From Felis catus (taxonomy: Eukaryota): a stretch of DNA of 64,000 nucleotides. Positions 51,700 to 64,000 of this stretch are shown here, in pieces; within the stretch, counting starts at the first letter, position 1, and the number at the start of each line of letters is the position of its first letter. The stretch lies in NCBI RefSeq assembly GCF_018350175.1, contig NC_058368.1, positions 200,572,001-200,636,000 of the forward strand, written 5' to 3'. The notes under the pieces were generated by a model. The model saw only the letters and a list, made by a program, of their open reading frames with translations, was not told where the DNA came from and searched no databases. The position numbers and the translations under genes are program-made.

Positions 51700-51940
51700 T
51701 TTTAAGGTTTATGTATTTTGAAAGAGGAAGAGGAAGAGAGAGAGAGAGACAGAGACAGAGAGAGACAGAGAGAATGTGTGGGGGAGGGTCAGGGAAGGAG
51801 AGACAAAATTCCAAGCAGTCTCCACACTGTTAGCGCAGAGCCCAATGCGAGGCTCTATCTCATGAACCGAACTGCAAGATCATGACCTGAGCTGAAACCA
51901 AGGGCCAGACGCTTAATCAACTGAGCCACCCAGGTACCCC
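51700..51940 (-). mobile_element. Older Can-SINE
   Basis: Reverse head CTGAGCCACCCAGGTACCCC and an (AG)n tract. Confidence 0.9.
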
Positions 51941-52922
51941 TAAACATTTTCTATTTTAGTGGCAACAGCAGCATTTCACAAAGATGTTGCTTTTTCAAAC
52001 AATTTCAGCTTTAATGACTAAGAATTGTTATCTCTACTTTGAATCTCAACATTTGATACCTGGGTCCCTCTTAAGTCTTAAAATAGAAAGTTTTGTGGGA
52101 TTGGTTTTACACCATCACTCAATATAAAGCATATACCCTCTTTCATATTTTGATTTGATTGAATTTTTTGACAACTAAGGATTTTAGCTGATTGAAATGT
52201 TTCCAATCTGTTAAAAGTGAAAAAGACATTTTGATGCTTCTATTATTAACATCCTGGTTCCTAAAATTCAATTTTGTAACTGGGGGGGGGGTCCAAATAT
52301 TAATTAAAAAGAATTTTGAGTGCTACAGTTTTCACCTGACTGGAGCAGGTTCACACAGCATCTTTCTCCGAGGAACAATTTTCTTAGTAATGTACCTGCA
52401 TACTGTTGTCACTCTAAATTTGAAAGAAGGAATTTGGAACATATGTATACTGTATACCATTTTTTGTATTATGATATCCTACCAGCAACTGCATGATACA
52501 TGAAGAAATGTGTTTCCTCTGGGGCCATATATTTTTAAATAATACAATTCTAGTAATTAACCCTTTTCTCAACTAGCAGGATTATATAATGATCACGGAA
52601 AATATAGAAAATAAAAATGTGCATATCCAAATCACACATAGATGATGAGTACTCCAGTTAAATGGTTTTTCAATCTAGGAATCAGGGGATTTTAAATGAA
52701 TATTAAATTCTAGAAAACTTCATAGTGCTATAGTCCAACTTTGTATACATAGCCTCCATTCATGTGCTTTGGGAATTAAATAGAAGGGGAAGTTCCAGGT
52801 ATTTATTCCATACTTCATATCTTCACTACTTTGCATGCTTGGCATAAATTCTTTGGTCACAGTGTGTACTCCTCTTTACATGTTGATCATTTTGGTTTGC
52901 TAATATTTTGTTGAGGATTTTT

Positions 52923-52941
52923 AAAGACATGTTTATTTATT

Positions 52942-52985
<44 letters not shown>

Positions 52986-53146
52986 TCGGGGAGAGGCAGA
53001 AGGAGAGGGAGACACAGAATCTGAGTCAGGCTCCAGGCTTCTGAGCTGTCAGCATAGAGCCGGATGCTGGGCTCGAACTCATGAACTGTGACATCATGAC
53101 CTGAGCCAAGTTGGCTGCTTAACCAACTGAGCCACCCAGGCACCCC
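52923..53146 (-). mobile_element. Can-SINE
   Basis: TSD TTGTTGAGGATTTTT at 52908-52922 and 53147-53161. Long (AG)n tract. Confidence 0.95.
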
Positions 53147-53175
53147 TTGTTGAGGATTTTTTGTTCTATATTCTT

Positions 53176-56079
53176 ATTTTTTTGTTTTGTTTTTTTTTTG
53201 AACTTTGATAAATTATTTTTAATTTTTGTCTCTAAATATAATTTATTGTCAAATTAGGTAACATACAGTGTATACATTGTGCTTTTGGTTTCAGGAGTAG
53301 ATTCCCATGATTCATCGCTTACATGCAACACCCAGTGCTCATCCCAAAAAGAGCCATCCTCCATGCCCATCACCCATTTTCCCCTCTCCCCCATTCCCCC
53401 CATCAACCCTCAGTTTCTTCTCTGTATTTATGAGCCTCTTATGATTTGCCTCCCTTTCGGTTTGAAACTATTTTTCCCCTTCCCTTCCCCCGTGGTCTTC
53501 TGTTAAGTTTCTCAAAGTGAAACACACGTGAAAACATACGATATCTGTCTTTCTCTGACTGACCTATTTCACTTAACATAATGCCCTCCAGTTCCATCCA
53601 TGTTGTTGCAAATGGCAAGATTTCATTCTTTCTCATTGCCAAATAGTATTCCATCATATATATAAACTACATCTTCTTTATCCATTCATCAGTTGATGCA
53701 AATTTGGGCTCTTTCCATAATTTGTCTATTGTTGATAGCACTGCTATAAACATTGGAGGTACATGTGCCCAGTGAATCAGCCCTCCTGTAACCTTTGGAT
53801 AAATTCCTAATAGTGCTATTGCTGGGTCATAGGGTTGTTCTATTTTTAATTTTTTGAGGAACCTCACACTCTTTTCCAGAGTGGCTGCACCAGTTTGTAT
53901 TCCCACCAATGGTGTAAGAGGGTTCCTATTTCTCCACATCCTCACCAGTATCTGTTGTTTCCTGAGTTGTTCATTTTAGCCACTCTGACCAGTGTGAAGT
54001 GGTATCTCAACGTGTTTTGGTTTGTATTTTCCTGATGATGAGTGATGTTGAACATCTTTTCATGTGTCTGTTGGGAATCTGGATATCGTCTTTGGAAAAG
54101 TGTCTATTCATGTCTTTTGCCCATTTCTTCACTGAATTATTTGTTTTTCAGGTCCTGAGTTTGGTAAATTCTTTATAGATTTTGAATACTAACCTTTATA
54201 TGATATATCATTTGCAAATATCTTCTCCCATTCCATCAGTGCCTTTTAGTTTTGTTGATTGTTTCCTTTGCTCTGCAGATTTTTATCTTGATGAGGTCCC
54301 AATAGTTCATTTTTGCTTTTATTTCCCTTACCTTCAGAGACGTGTTGAGTAAGAAGTTGCTGTGGTTGGGGCCAAAGAGATTGTTGCCTGTTTTCTCCTC
54401 TAGGGTTTTGATGGTTTGCTATCTCACATTTAAATCTTTCATGTATGCCAACAAACTGGACAACCTGGAAGAAATGGACAAATTCCTAGACACGCACACA
54501 CTACCAAAACTCCAACAGGAAGAAATAAAAAATTTGAACAGACCCATAACCAGCAAAGAAATTGAATCAGTTATCAAAAATATCCCAACAAATAAGAGTC
54601 CTAGGCCAAATGGCTTTCCAGGTGATTTCTACTAGACATTTAAAGCAGAGTTAATACCTATCTTTCTCAAGCTGTTCTAAAAAATAGAAATGAAAGGAAA
54701 GCTTCCAGACTTATTCTATGAAGCCAGCATTACCTTGATTCCCAAACTAGACAGAGACCCCACTAAAAAGGAGAATTACAGGCCAATATCCCTGATCAAC
54801 ATGAATGCAAAAATTTTCAACAAGATACTAGCAAATCGAATTCAACAGTATATTAAAAGAATTATTCACCATGATCAAATGGGATTCATTCCTGGGCTGC
54901 AGGGCTGGTTCAATATTCACAAATCAATCAATGTGATACATCACATTAATAGAAGAAAGGATAAGAACCATATGATCCTGTCCATAGATGCAGAAAAAGC
55001 ATTTGACAAAATACATCATCTTTCCTAATAAAAACCCTCAAGAAAGTTGAGGTAGAAGGAACATAACATCATAAAAGCCATGTATGAAAGGCCCACATCT
55101 AATGTCATCTTCAATGGGGAAAAACTGAGAGCTTTCCCCCTGAGATCGAGAACATGACAGGGATGTCCATCTCACCACTGTTGTTTAACATAGTGTTGGA
55201 AATCCTAGCCTCAGCAAACAGACAACAAAATGAAATAAAGGGCATCTAAATTGGCAAAGTAGAAGTCAAACTTTCACTTTTTGCAGATGACATGATACTC
55301 TACATGGAACACCCGAAAAACCCCACCAAAAAGCTGCTATAACTGAAACATGAATCCAGCAAAGTCACAGGATATAAAATCAATGTACAGAAATTGGTTG
55401 CATTTCTATACACCAATAATGAAGCAACAGAAAGAGAAATCAAGAAATCAACTCCATTTACAATTGCACCAAGAACCATAAAATACCTAGGAATAAACCT
55501 AACCAAAGAGGTAAAACATCTGTATGCTGAAAACTATAGAAAACTTATGAAATAAATTATGAAAAAAAAAGAAAACACAAAGAAATGAAAAAACATTAGA
55601 TACTCATGGATGAGAAGAACAAATATTGTTAAAATGTCAATACTACCCAAAGCAATCTACACATTCAAAGCACTCCCAATAAAAATTGCATCAGCATTCT
55701 TCTCAGAGCGAGAACAAACAATCCTAAAATTTGTATGGAACCATAAAAGACCCTGAATAGCAAAAGTAATGTTGAAAAAGATAACCAAAGCTGGAGGCAT
55801 CACAATCCCGGATTTTAGCCTGTACTACAAAGCTGTAATCATCAAGACCGTATGGTATTGGCACAAAAACAGACACATAGACCAATGGAATAGAATAGAG
55901 AACTCAGCATTGGACCCATAAATGTATGGCCAACTAATCTTTGACAAAGCAGGAAAGAATATCCAATGGAAAAAGGACAGTATCTTTAGGAAATGGTGCT
56001 GGGAGAATTGGACAGCAACATGAAGAATGAAACTGGACCACTTTCTTACACCATACACAAAAAATAAACTCAAAATGGA
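53176..56079 (-). mobile_element. Carnivore/felid L1 with 5' inversion (twin priming)
   Basis: Minus-strand 3' part at 53176-54442 and plus-strand ORF2 part at 54443-56079 (YANKLDNL...FADDM...NSKW). TSD TCT(A/G)TATTCTT at 53165-53175 and 56080-56090. Confidence 0.93.
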
Positions 56080-56358
56080 TCTGTATTCTTCAGAGGTATT
56101 GATCTGAAGTTATCTTGTGATATCTTTGTCTGAATACAGAATCAATGTAACATTGATTGAATGAGTTGGAAAGAACTCATAGAATGAGGAACAGTGCCTC
56201 ATAGAATGAGTTGGAAAGAACTCCCTCTTCTACTGTCATTTGGATAGATTTGAGAAGGGTCGGATTGGGTTTAATTATTTTTTAAACATTTTGTAGAATT
56301 TATCAGTGAAGGCATGTGGGTCTGTGCTTTTCTACTGCCAACCTTTAAATTACTAATT

Positions 56359-56362
<4 letters not shown>

Positions 56363-56399
<37 letters not shown>
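56363..56399. repeat. (CT)n microsatellite
   Basis: Visible repeat. Confidence 0.95.
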
Positions 56400-56403
<4 letters not shown>

Positions 56404-56975
56404 TAGGTCTCTTCATATTTTTTTTTTTTGTAAACTACAGTGGTGTGTGTCTTTCTAGGAATTTTTCCATTTCATCTAAGTTATTTAATTAATTTGTTGG
56501 CAAAGAGCTGCTCAAAGTGCCCTCTTATAATTCTTGTATTTACTTAATACAAAATGTATTTGTATTTACATGAATACAAAAATGATGGCCCCTCTTTCAT
56601 TCCCGATTTGAGTAATTTGAGCTTCTCTCTCTTTCTCTTTCTCTCTCTCTCTCTCTCTTTTATGAATCCAACTAAAACTTTTTCAATTATGTTGATCTTT
56701 TCAGAGTCATCTTTGGGTTTCTTTGGGTTTCTTTGACCTTTCTCTGTTGTCTTTCTATCTACTTCACTTGGTGCCACTCTAACCTTCAGGTTCTTCCCTT
56801 TGCTTGCGTAAGCTTAAGTTTGGTCTTCTTCATCTAGTTCCTTAAGGTGGGAGCTTATGTTATTAATTTGCGATCTTTCTTTTTCAATGTAGATGCTTAC
56901 AACTCTAGACTTCCCTCTGAGTACTGCTTGAGCTATCGCCCGTAAGTTTTGGTACATTGTGTTTTCATTTTCTTC

Positions 56976-57219
56976 TTTTTTTTTTTTTTTGTTTTAAACA
57001 TGTTAAAATTTTTTTTTAATGTTTATTGATTTTTGAGAGAGAGAGACAGAGCATGAGCAGGGGAGGGGGCACAGAGAGAGGGAGACACAGAATCTGAAGC
57101 AGGTTCCAGGCTCTGAGCTGTCAGCACAGAGCCCAACACGGGTCTCAAGCCCACAAACCATGAGATCATGACCTGAGCTGAAGTCGGACACCCAACTGAC
57201 TGAGCCACCCAGGCACCCC
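56976..57219 (-). mobile_element. Can-SINE
   Basis: Typical reverse body. TTCATTTTC flanks both ends. Confidence 0.93.
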
Positions 57220-59114
57220 TTCATTTTCATTCATCACATAGAATTTTCTAACTCCTGTAGGATCCATTGGTTATTTAGGAGTAAGCTTTTTAATTTCCAC
57301 ATATTTGTGATTTATCAAGTTCACTTTTGCTATTGATCACTAATTTAATTCCATTGAGGTTGGAAATGTGCATTATATAATTTTAATCCTTTTAAATATA
57401 TTGAGAGTTGTTTTATAGCTTAAAGTTTGGTCTATTCTGAGGAACTGTTCACATGTGCTGGAGAACAATATGTATTATGCTCTTGTTGGTAAAATATTTT
57501 ATGGACATTTCTTAAGTCTAGTTGTTTTATAGTGTTGTTCAAACCTTTTATATTCTTGTTGATATCTGCCTAGTTATTCAATCTGTTATTGAATTAGGAG
57601 TATTGAGTCTCCAAACAATGATTGGTACATTGTCTGTCTCTTCTGTCTTTCATTTCTTGTTTCTTGTATTTTGAAGTTCCATTGTTAGGTACACATGTAA
57701 TTGTTTTATATTCTTAATGTATTGATCCTTTATCATAACAAAATGTCTCTTTTTGTCTCTGGTGACATTTTTTTTTCTTTTAAGATATATTTTGTCTTAT
57801 ATTGTTATGATGACTCCAGCTCCCTAATCTCTATGCTTGGTTTTCAGTTGCTTTTCTATGATGTGTATAAATATAAATTTCTTTTATTTATCGGTCAGGA
57901 TCATTTAATTTACTGGCTTTATGGGTTGCTGCTTTTGAATAAATTCAGAAAATAATGAGCAAATTTCTTGATTTTTTTCTTCTTCATTCACTTTCTTCAT
58001 TCCACCTAGAACTCTATGTTCTATAATTATCTCACAGATAAGGATGCTTTGTGAAATTTTAAATGTTTTCATTTTACTTAAATTTAAATAATTTTTGATG
58101 TCTTCACCTGTCCTTCTTTGGGAATCCCATCTGCTGTTAATTTTATTCAATAATTTACAACATTTTAGGTATGATTTTCTATTTTTTTCTACAGTCACTA
58201 TAAATAGTTCTGTATCTATCAATCAATATTTTTTTCTGACCTTTGCTAATTGTTTTGTTTTTTCATGCCTAGTAATTTTTATTAGATATGGGACATTGTG
58301 ATTGATATATTTTAGAGATACTGGATTATGCTATCTTTCCCAAAGACTTAAGTTGTTGTTTTTTGTTTTTTGGTTTTTTTCCCTAGCAGTTAGGTACTTT
58401 ACTGAGGGAATGTTTAGAAGTGTAGAGACTTGGTTTTATATTTTTGGGGGGAAAGGTTTATTTTTGCTTTGTCTTTTGATCCAGGGCATAGTTCTTAATC
58501 CTAGTTTGTAGTCATTACTACTAAGGCATGGTCCTTCTGAAGTTTCGATGGAAGTCTAAGGTACTTAGGAGACCTCACAATTTTGTATAACCAAATTTGC
58601 AATCTCTGTGAACCTTGCGTTAAGTAAAAGCTCAAAATCTATTTAGCTCTTTCAGTATTCTAGTTGTTTCCTCTTGGCTCCGTGACATTTAACCCATTCA
58701 TGTACCATTTAAGGGTCAGCCAAGGATTTGATTAATTTTATGCACATTTTGGAATATCTTCTTTACATAGACCTCCCTTCAATGACCAGTTATTCTTGTA
58801 GTCCTAAATTCTGTCCTATAACTTCTAACCCTACATAATCATGGTTTTCTTCTTACATTATAACGTCTCAGTGTTACTGGGACTTTTCCCTTAGTGGAAA
58901 GGGGAATAAACGTGTTTCTTCCTGTGTAATTTCCTTCTTTGAGAAGTTGCATTATTTCCAAATTCAGTCTATTTTGGTCACTTTCAGGTGCTTTCAAACA
59001 GTTGTTTAAAAATAATCCCAGGCCTTATAAATGTTACCTACAAGAGAGTTAAGTCCAATACAGGTTACTCCAGTATTACCACAACAAAATATTCTCCTTT
59101 AAAAATTGTAAAGT

Positions 59115-59284
59115 TTTGTTTCTTAAATTCCACATATAAGTGAAATCATATGGTATTTGTCTTTATCTGACTGACTTATTTCACTCAACATAGTACTCTC
59201 TACCTCCATCCACATCACTGCAAACAGCAAAATTTCATTCTTTTTTTTTTATGGCTGAGTAATGCTCCATTGTATATCTATCTG

Positions 59285-59317
<33 letters not shown>

Positions 59318-59338
59318 ATCATATCTTCTTTATCTATT
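59115..59338 (-). mobile_element. Carnivore L1 ORF2-end fragment containing (TATC)n
   Basis: ATTCCACATATAAGTGAAATCATATGGTATTTGTC. (TATC)n at about 59275-59320. Confidence 0.8.
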
Positions 59339-59339
59339 A

Positions 59340-61280
59340 TTCAATTTTACTCTTTACTTTTAGTCCCTGATATCATATAGAATTTAAATTTACTTGTGAT
59401 GAGATACAAGTAAAAAATTAATTTAAACAAATTTAAACAATTTGTTCAGCATTACTTGTTAAATACATCATATAATAATTTTGTAATGACCGTTATGTTG
59501 TGTAAGATTTTTACATATATTTTTCTAATCTTTCTATTGGTTTCCCATTACATAGTTCTGATCCAGATTCACACAATTTAAATACTCTTGTTTTAAAAGT
59601 ATAATTTTTATGTGATGCCAAAAGGATCTAAAATGTTCTTCTTTTAATAGTATGTTGGCCTTTTCTTATATAAGATGAATATCAAAATTTGCTCTTCAAT
59701 TTCTAAAATAACACAAAAAGAAGCTCATCCTTTTAAATAGGTTTGTAATGACTTTGTAGGTTAATTTGTGGAAAATTATATAATAGTACCAGTACCTAAG
59801 TATTTCAATGGCATTTATAGTTTTCTCATAGTTTATTGTATGTCATATTATAATTACTCCTGAGCACCTTGTATTTGTCATTATTGAACCTTATATGTAT
59901 TTTCTAATTGCATTTTGCAATTATTGTTGATATAAAAAAATTGTTATTTAAAATTGATTTTATATCCAACAAAATTTTGTCCTCTTATCTTGGTTTTCAT
60001 TGTTTATATATTTTTTGCATGGTAAGTCAAATGATAGTGAATGAGAACTTATAATTTCCTCTCTAATTTTTATGAAAATCTGTTTTTTCATCGACTTACT
60101 ATACATAAAAAGACCATAAGGACAAAGTAGAACAAAAGCTGTTAAAATTGGCTTCCTAGATATTAAAGAGAATATTACTAATGGCTTACAATTAAGCATC
60201 ATGTTTCCCATAGATTTTTACCAGATTCTGTATCATATTATTAAAGTTTTTAGAGACCTCACTATTTTGTGTGATTTCCTGCATCTACTGCGATAGCTAT
60301 ATGTTCTTTTCCAATCATTTCTTATTGTAATGGATTATATTAAAATATTTCCTAACTTTAAATAACCTTTGCATGCTGTAAAAAATTTAATTTGCTCATT
60401 GTGAGTTAATGTTTAAAGCTTTACTGAATTTTTTAAAAATCTCAATTAGGATTTTGAAAAACATTTTTATAAGATAGTGGTTTAAAAATGTTTCCTTGAT
60501 ATACATTTTTTGCCTAATTTTCATGTCATGATTATAAGTGCCCTAAAAAAATAACTTAGAGTGTGTACCTAATTGGTTTAAAGAAAAAAGTTACCCATGA
60601 TTATAATTTTGTTTTGAAAATTTTTGTTAAAACTCACTTGTAGTGCTATTTGAACTTCTGTACTTTTGTTAGCATAGATTTTTAAAGACAAATTCTGTCT
60701 CTTTAATGTTTACTGTTTATATTCAAGTTTCTTGTATTTTTTGACAGAATAGATGGATTTTCCTTAGAAAATTATCCATTTCATATGATTTTTACATGTA
60801 TTAGTGCATTTAATTCACAATACTATATATTTATTTTATTCTGTACTTTATACTATAGATATGTCTTTTATTATTATAGTTACCTTATTATACCACTTTT
60901 TTACTTATCATTGAAAAATTTTCTTTTTAATGTTTATTTATTTTTGAGAGAGAGAGAGAGACAGAACGCAAGCGTGGGAGGGGTAGAGAGGGAGACACAG
61001 AATCCGACACAGGCTCCAGGGTCTGAGCTGTCAGCACAGACCCCGATGCGAGGCTCAAACTCACAGACCCTGACATCATGGCCTGAGCTGAAGTCAGATG
61101 CTTAAATGACTGAGCCACCCAGGCGCCCCTTTACTTTTCATTTTAGTCTAACCAATGCTTTTCTACTTCAATAGGCTTTTTCCAAAGAACTATCATTTGG
61201 TTGCTTTGATTCAATATATATTTTTGTTTGGTGGGTTCTTTTACATTAATTCTTATTTTTATTTTTTATCATTTCACTCA
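59340..61280 (-). mobile_element. Ancient L1 (L1ME-like) remnant, interrupted by a SINE
   Basis: Degraded T-rich sequence collinear with reverse L1 ORF2. Limits are approximate. Confidence 0.4.
60913..61129 (-). mobile_element. Can-SINE
   Basis: TSD TTTACTT(A/T)TCATT at 60900-60912 and 61130-61142. Confidence 0.94.
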
Positions 61281-61364
61281 TTGTGTTGACTGACATATTA
61301 GAGGAAGCCAGTAATTATCTTTTCAGTGAGTAAGAGAATCAATGTGATGCAAACAGGCATTATT

Positions 61365-61476
61365 TTCTTAATTTGTTGTTGTTGTTGTTGTTGTTGTTGT
61401 TGAGTATGGTTGACACAAAATGTTCCATTAGTTTCAAGTGTACAACAAAGTGATTCAACTTCTCTATATGTTATGG
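61365..61476 (-). mobile_element. Short carnivore L1 3' end with a (GTT)n tail
   Basis: GTTGACACAAAATGTTCCATTAGTTTCAAGTGTACAAC, next to (GTT)n at 61373-61402. Confidence 0.7.
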
Positions 61477-62777
61477 TATAAAAACAACAGTGATAAATTC
61501 ATGAATACATGGAGGTTTTAGTCTATTCTATACCTTCACAGAGCAAAAATATTAGTATTCCCTCAATTACCAAGGAAATAAAGTCCAATCCCTAACAAAA
61601 CTCCAGTGAGATATTTGATTCAATCATTCATATATATTTATATTACGATAAATAAATGTCTTAGGGATTATTTTTTAAATGGTTAAGAATGATTAGAAAA
61701 CTTTGGGAAAAAACTGGATGTTTTGTTATCAGCTATCCAAAATTGTTTTAAATAACAATTTTAAGACAGTGTAATATACACTGCATTAGTTTATGAATGG
61801 ACCAACAGCTCAATGGAGCACAAAGGTACATGTAGATATAGGTACAGGATTTAATGTGAGGGGAAGTTGACATTGGTAATCAAGGAGATGAGTATATATT
61901 TAAACACATTATTGAGACAACTGACTCTCCATTTAGGAAAAGCTTTTATCTATAGTTAGATTTCTACCTCTCTTAAATTCAACTTAGTAATATTTAAATG
62001 AAAGAAAAAAAACATGAAAACAAAATGACAAAAGTACCAGATGAAACAAATGGAAATATGTTTATACATTTTCAAAGTATGTAATACAATAAGAAATCAG
62101 GAGGAAAATTATTAAAACATCATAAATAGGAATCTGTACTTTTAAAAAACTTCTATAGGAAAGTAATTCATAAGCTAATTTAAAAAATTACAAATGGGGC
62201 AAGCATTAATATACAATGACTAGAAAATGATTAGTATTCCTTGAAAATTTGCAAACACTCATTCCTCTTCCTTGTTTTATTGTTAATAACACATGTCATT
62301 CTTCATAATTGATTTTTTTATTATTCTCTTCATCTAATAACAATGTGAGTGCTAAGAGGGCAGTTGTTTTTATCTAATTTAATAATATGTTTCCAGGACC
62401 TAGAATATGGGCTGGCTCACTACAATTTTTAGTAAATGATATCAATAAGAAATGTTCATCACCATAATATAAAAATGGGCATAGTATAAGAAGAGAAAAA
62501 AATTCTAAAAGAAACAATGTTAAGTATTACTAATGATATAAAATATGTTCTATCTTGACATTTATAAGCTAAAGCATTTACATTCTTTATTATGTATTTG
62601 ACTGACAAGCTTTCAATTGCTTAATCATACCCATTTTCCTTATGGAGATGGAAAAATATATAGTGGCATAAACTGCTGATGTTAGTGTAAATTAGAGAGT
62701 AATATGGAAATAAAAATCTTAGATTCATTGGAGTGCAGATATTTGATTTCTGGATGCTTATTCCAAAAATACATTAG

Positions 62778-63442
62778 GATATTCTTTTAGTTTTGTTGGT
62801 TGCTGTGCAGAAGCTTTTTAGTTTGATGTAGTCTCAGTAATTTATTTTTGCCTTTGTTTCTCTTACATCAGGCAACATATCTAGAAATAAGTTGCTACAG
62901 TCGATGTCAAGGAAGTTTTTGCCTGTATTCTCTTCTAGGATTTTAATGGTTTCAAGTCTCATATTTAGGTCTTTAATCCATTTTGAATTTATTTTTTAAT
63001 ATGGTCTAAGAAAGTGTCTCGGTTTCATTATTTAGCATATTTCTGTCCGGTTTTCTCAACACCATTTGCTGAAGAGACATTCTTTTTCCCATTGGATATT
63101 CTTACCTCCTTTGTCAAAGATTAATTGACCATATAGTTATGGGTTCATTTCTGGGATTTCTATTCTGTTCTATTGATTTGTGTGTCTACTTTTGTGTTGG
63201 TACCATACTGTTTTGATTACTACAGCTTTGTAATATAACTTAAATTCCAGAAGCAAATGACATATCTGGTAAAAAACATATCTGATAAAAAACATATCTG
63301 ATAAAAAAAGTATCCAAAATATATAAAAAGTTATCAAATTCAACACCCCCAAAATTAATAGTCTAATTAAAAACGGGCAGAAGACATGAATAGACATTTT
63401 TCCAAAGTAGACATGCAAAGGGCCAACAGACACATGAAAAGG
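62778..63442 (+). mobile_element. L1 ORF2 fragment with 5' inversion, lacking its 3' end
   Basis: Minus-strand ORF2 at 62778-63252, then plus-strand GCAAATGACATATC...GCCAACAGACACATGAAAAGG at 63253-63442. Confidence 0.8.
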
Positions 63443-63449
63443 TTTACGT

Positions 63450-63770
63450 GTTTGTGTGTGTCTGGAGAAAAATACATATAAAATACATATCATGTATACA
63501 TATATGTACATATATGCAAATATATTAACACACATATATAAAAACATATATGTATATGTAACATATACAAATGTGGCATATAAAACATATATATGGTACG
63601 AAGGAGCACTTTGTATGCAAATTATATATACAGACTGTATATGTGTGTGTATATATATGCATATGTACATATGCACACTCTTTAAAAATATTCTCATCTA
63701 TATCTCTATTTACTTTTATATTTCTAAATGTATCTTGATAGAGATACCTATAACTATGGATACAGATGTG
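63450..63770. repeat. Degenerate (TA/CA/TG) low-complexity repeat
   Basis: Alternating purine-pyrimidine tract. Confidence 0.85.
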
Positions 63771-64000
63771 TGATAGAATGCTCACCCAAACTCTAATAGT
63801 GTTAGGATTTAGAGCTATTTTCTAATGCTTTTCAGCTATTTTGTTCTAAATATTTACATTGTATAGATGCCAAAATTCATATTCTAAAGGAAAAAGATTC
63901 TGTGGTATTTTTAATGGCATCAATATCTTTATTTTAATAACTTGAGATTAATTTTTGTTATTTTTTATTGAGGACAGGAATTATCCCTATTTACCATTGC

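Larger units (their letters stand above)
52810..57830 (-). mobile_element. Old L1 ORF2 remnant hosting two SINEs and an inverted L1
   Basis: GGTTTGCTAATATTTTGTTGAGGATTTT...TCTATATTCTT/CAGAGGTATTG continues across the insertions, and reverse EN-region sequence runs to about 57830. Confidence 0.7.

Noticed and set aside
63170..63785. 175-aa and 105-aa Tyr/Ile/Cys-rich ORFs
   Set aside because: They come from the low-complexity TA repeat plus L1 fragments.

Overview
AT-rich, repeat-dense mammalian genomic DNA. The tRNA-derived Can-SINEs (SINEC_Fc-like) and carnivore LINE-1s point to a felid genome. I recognise no host protein-coding exon, RNA gene or CRISPR-like array. Two young full-length L1s dominate the window, both on the minus strand with target-site duplications (TSDs): 26526-32482 and 41242-47157. 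The second has an intact ORF1 and is one nonsense substitution away from an intact ORF2. The rest is about 15 Can-SINEs, many truncated or old L1s, MaLR LTRs, hAT MITEs (MER20, MER58, MER5), L2/MIR relics and microsatellites. The most interesting observations are: a candidate ORF0-like antisense reading frame in the felid L1 5'UTR; complementary lesions in the two neighbouring L1s; an L1 3' transduction; a chimeric L1 insertion; three twin-priming inversions; and a few non-repeat motif clusters. Repeat subfamily names come from my memory of consensus sequences and need RepeatMasker/Dfam confirmation.
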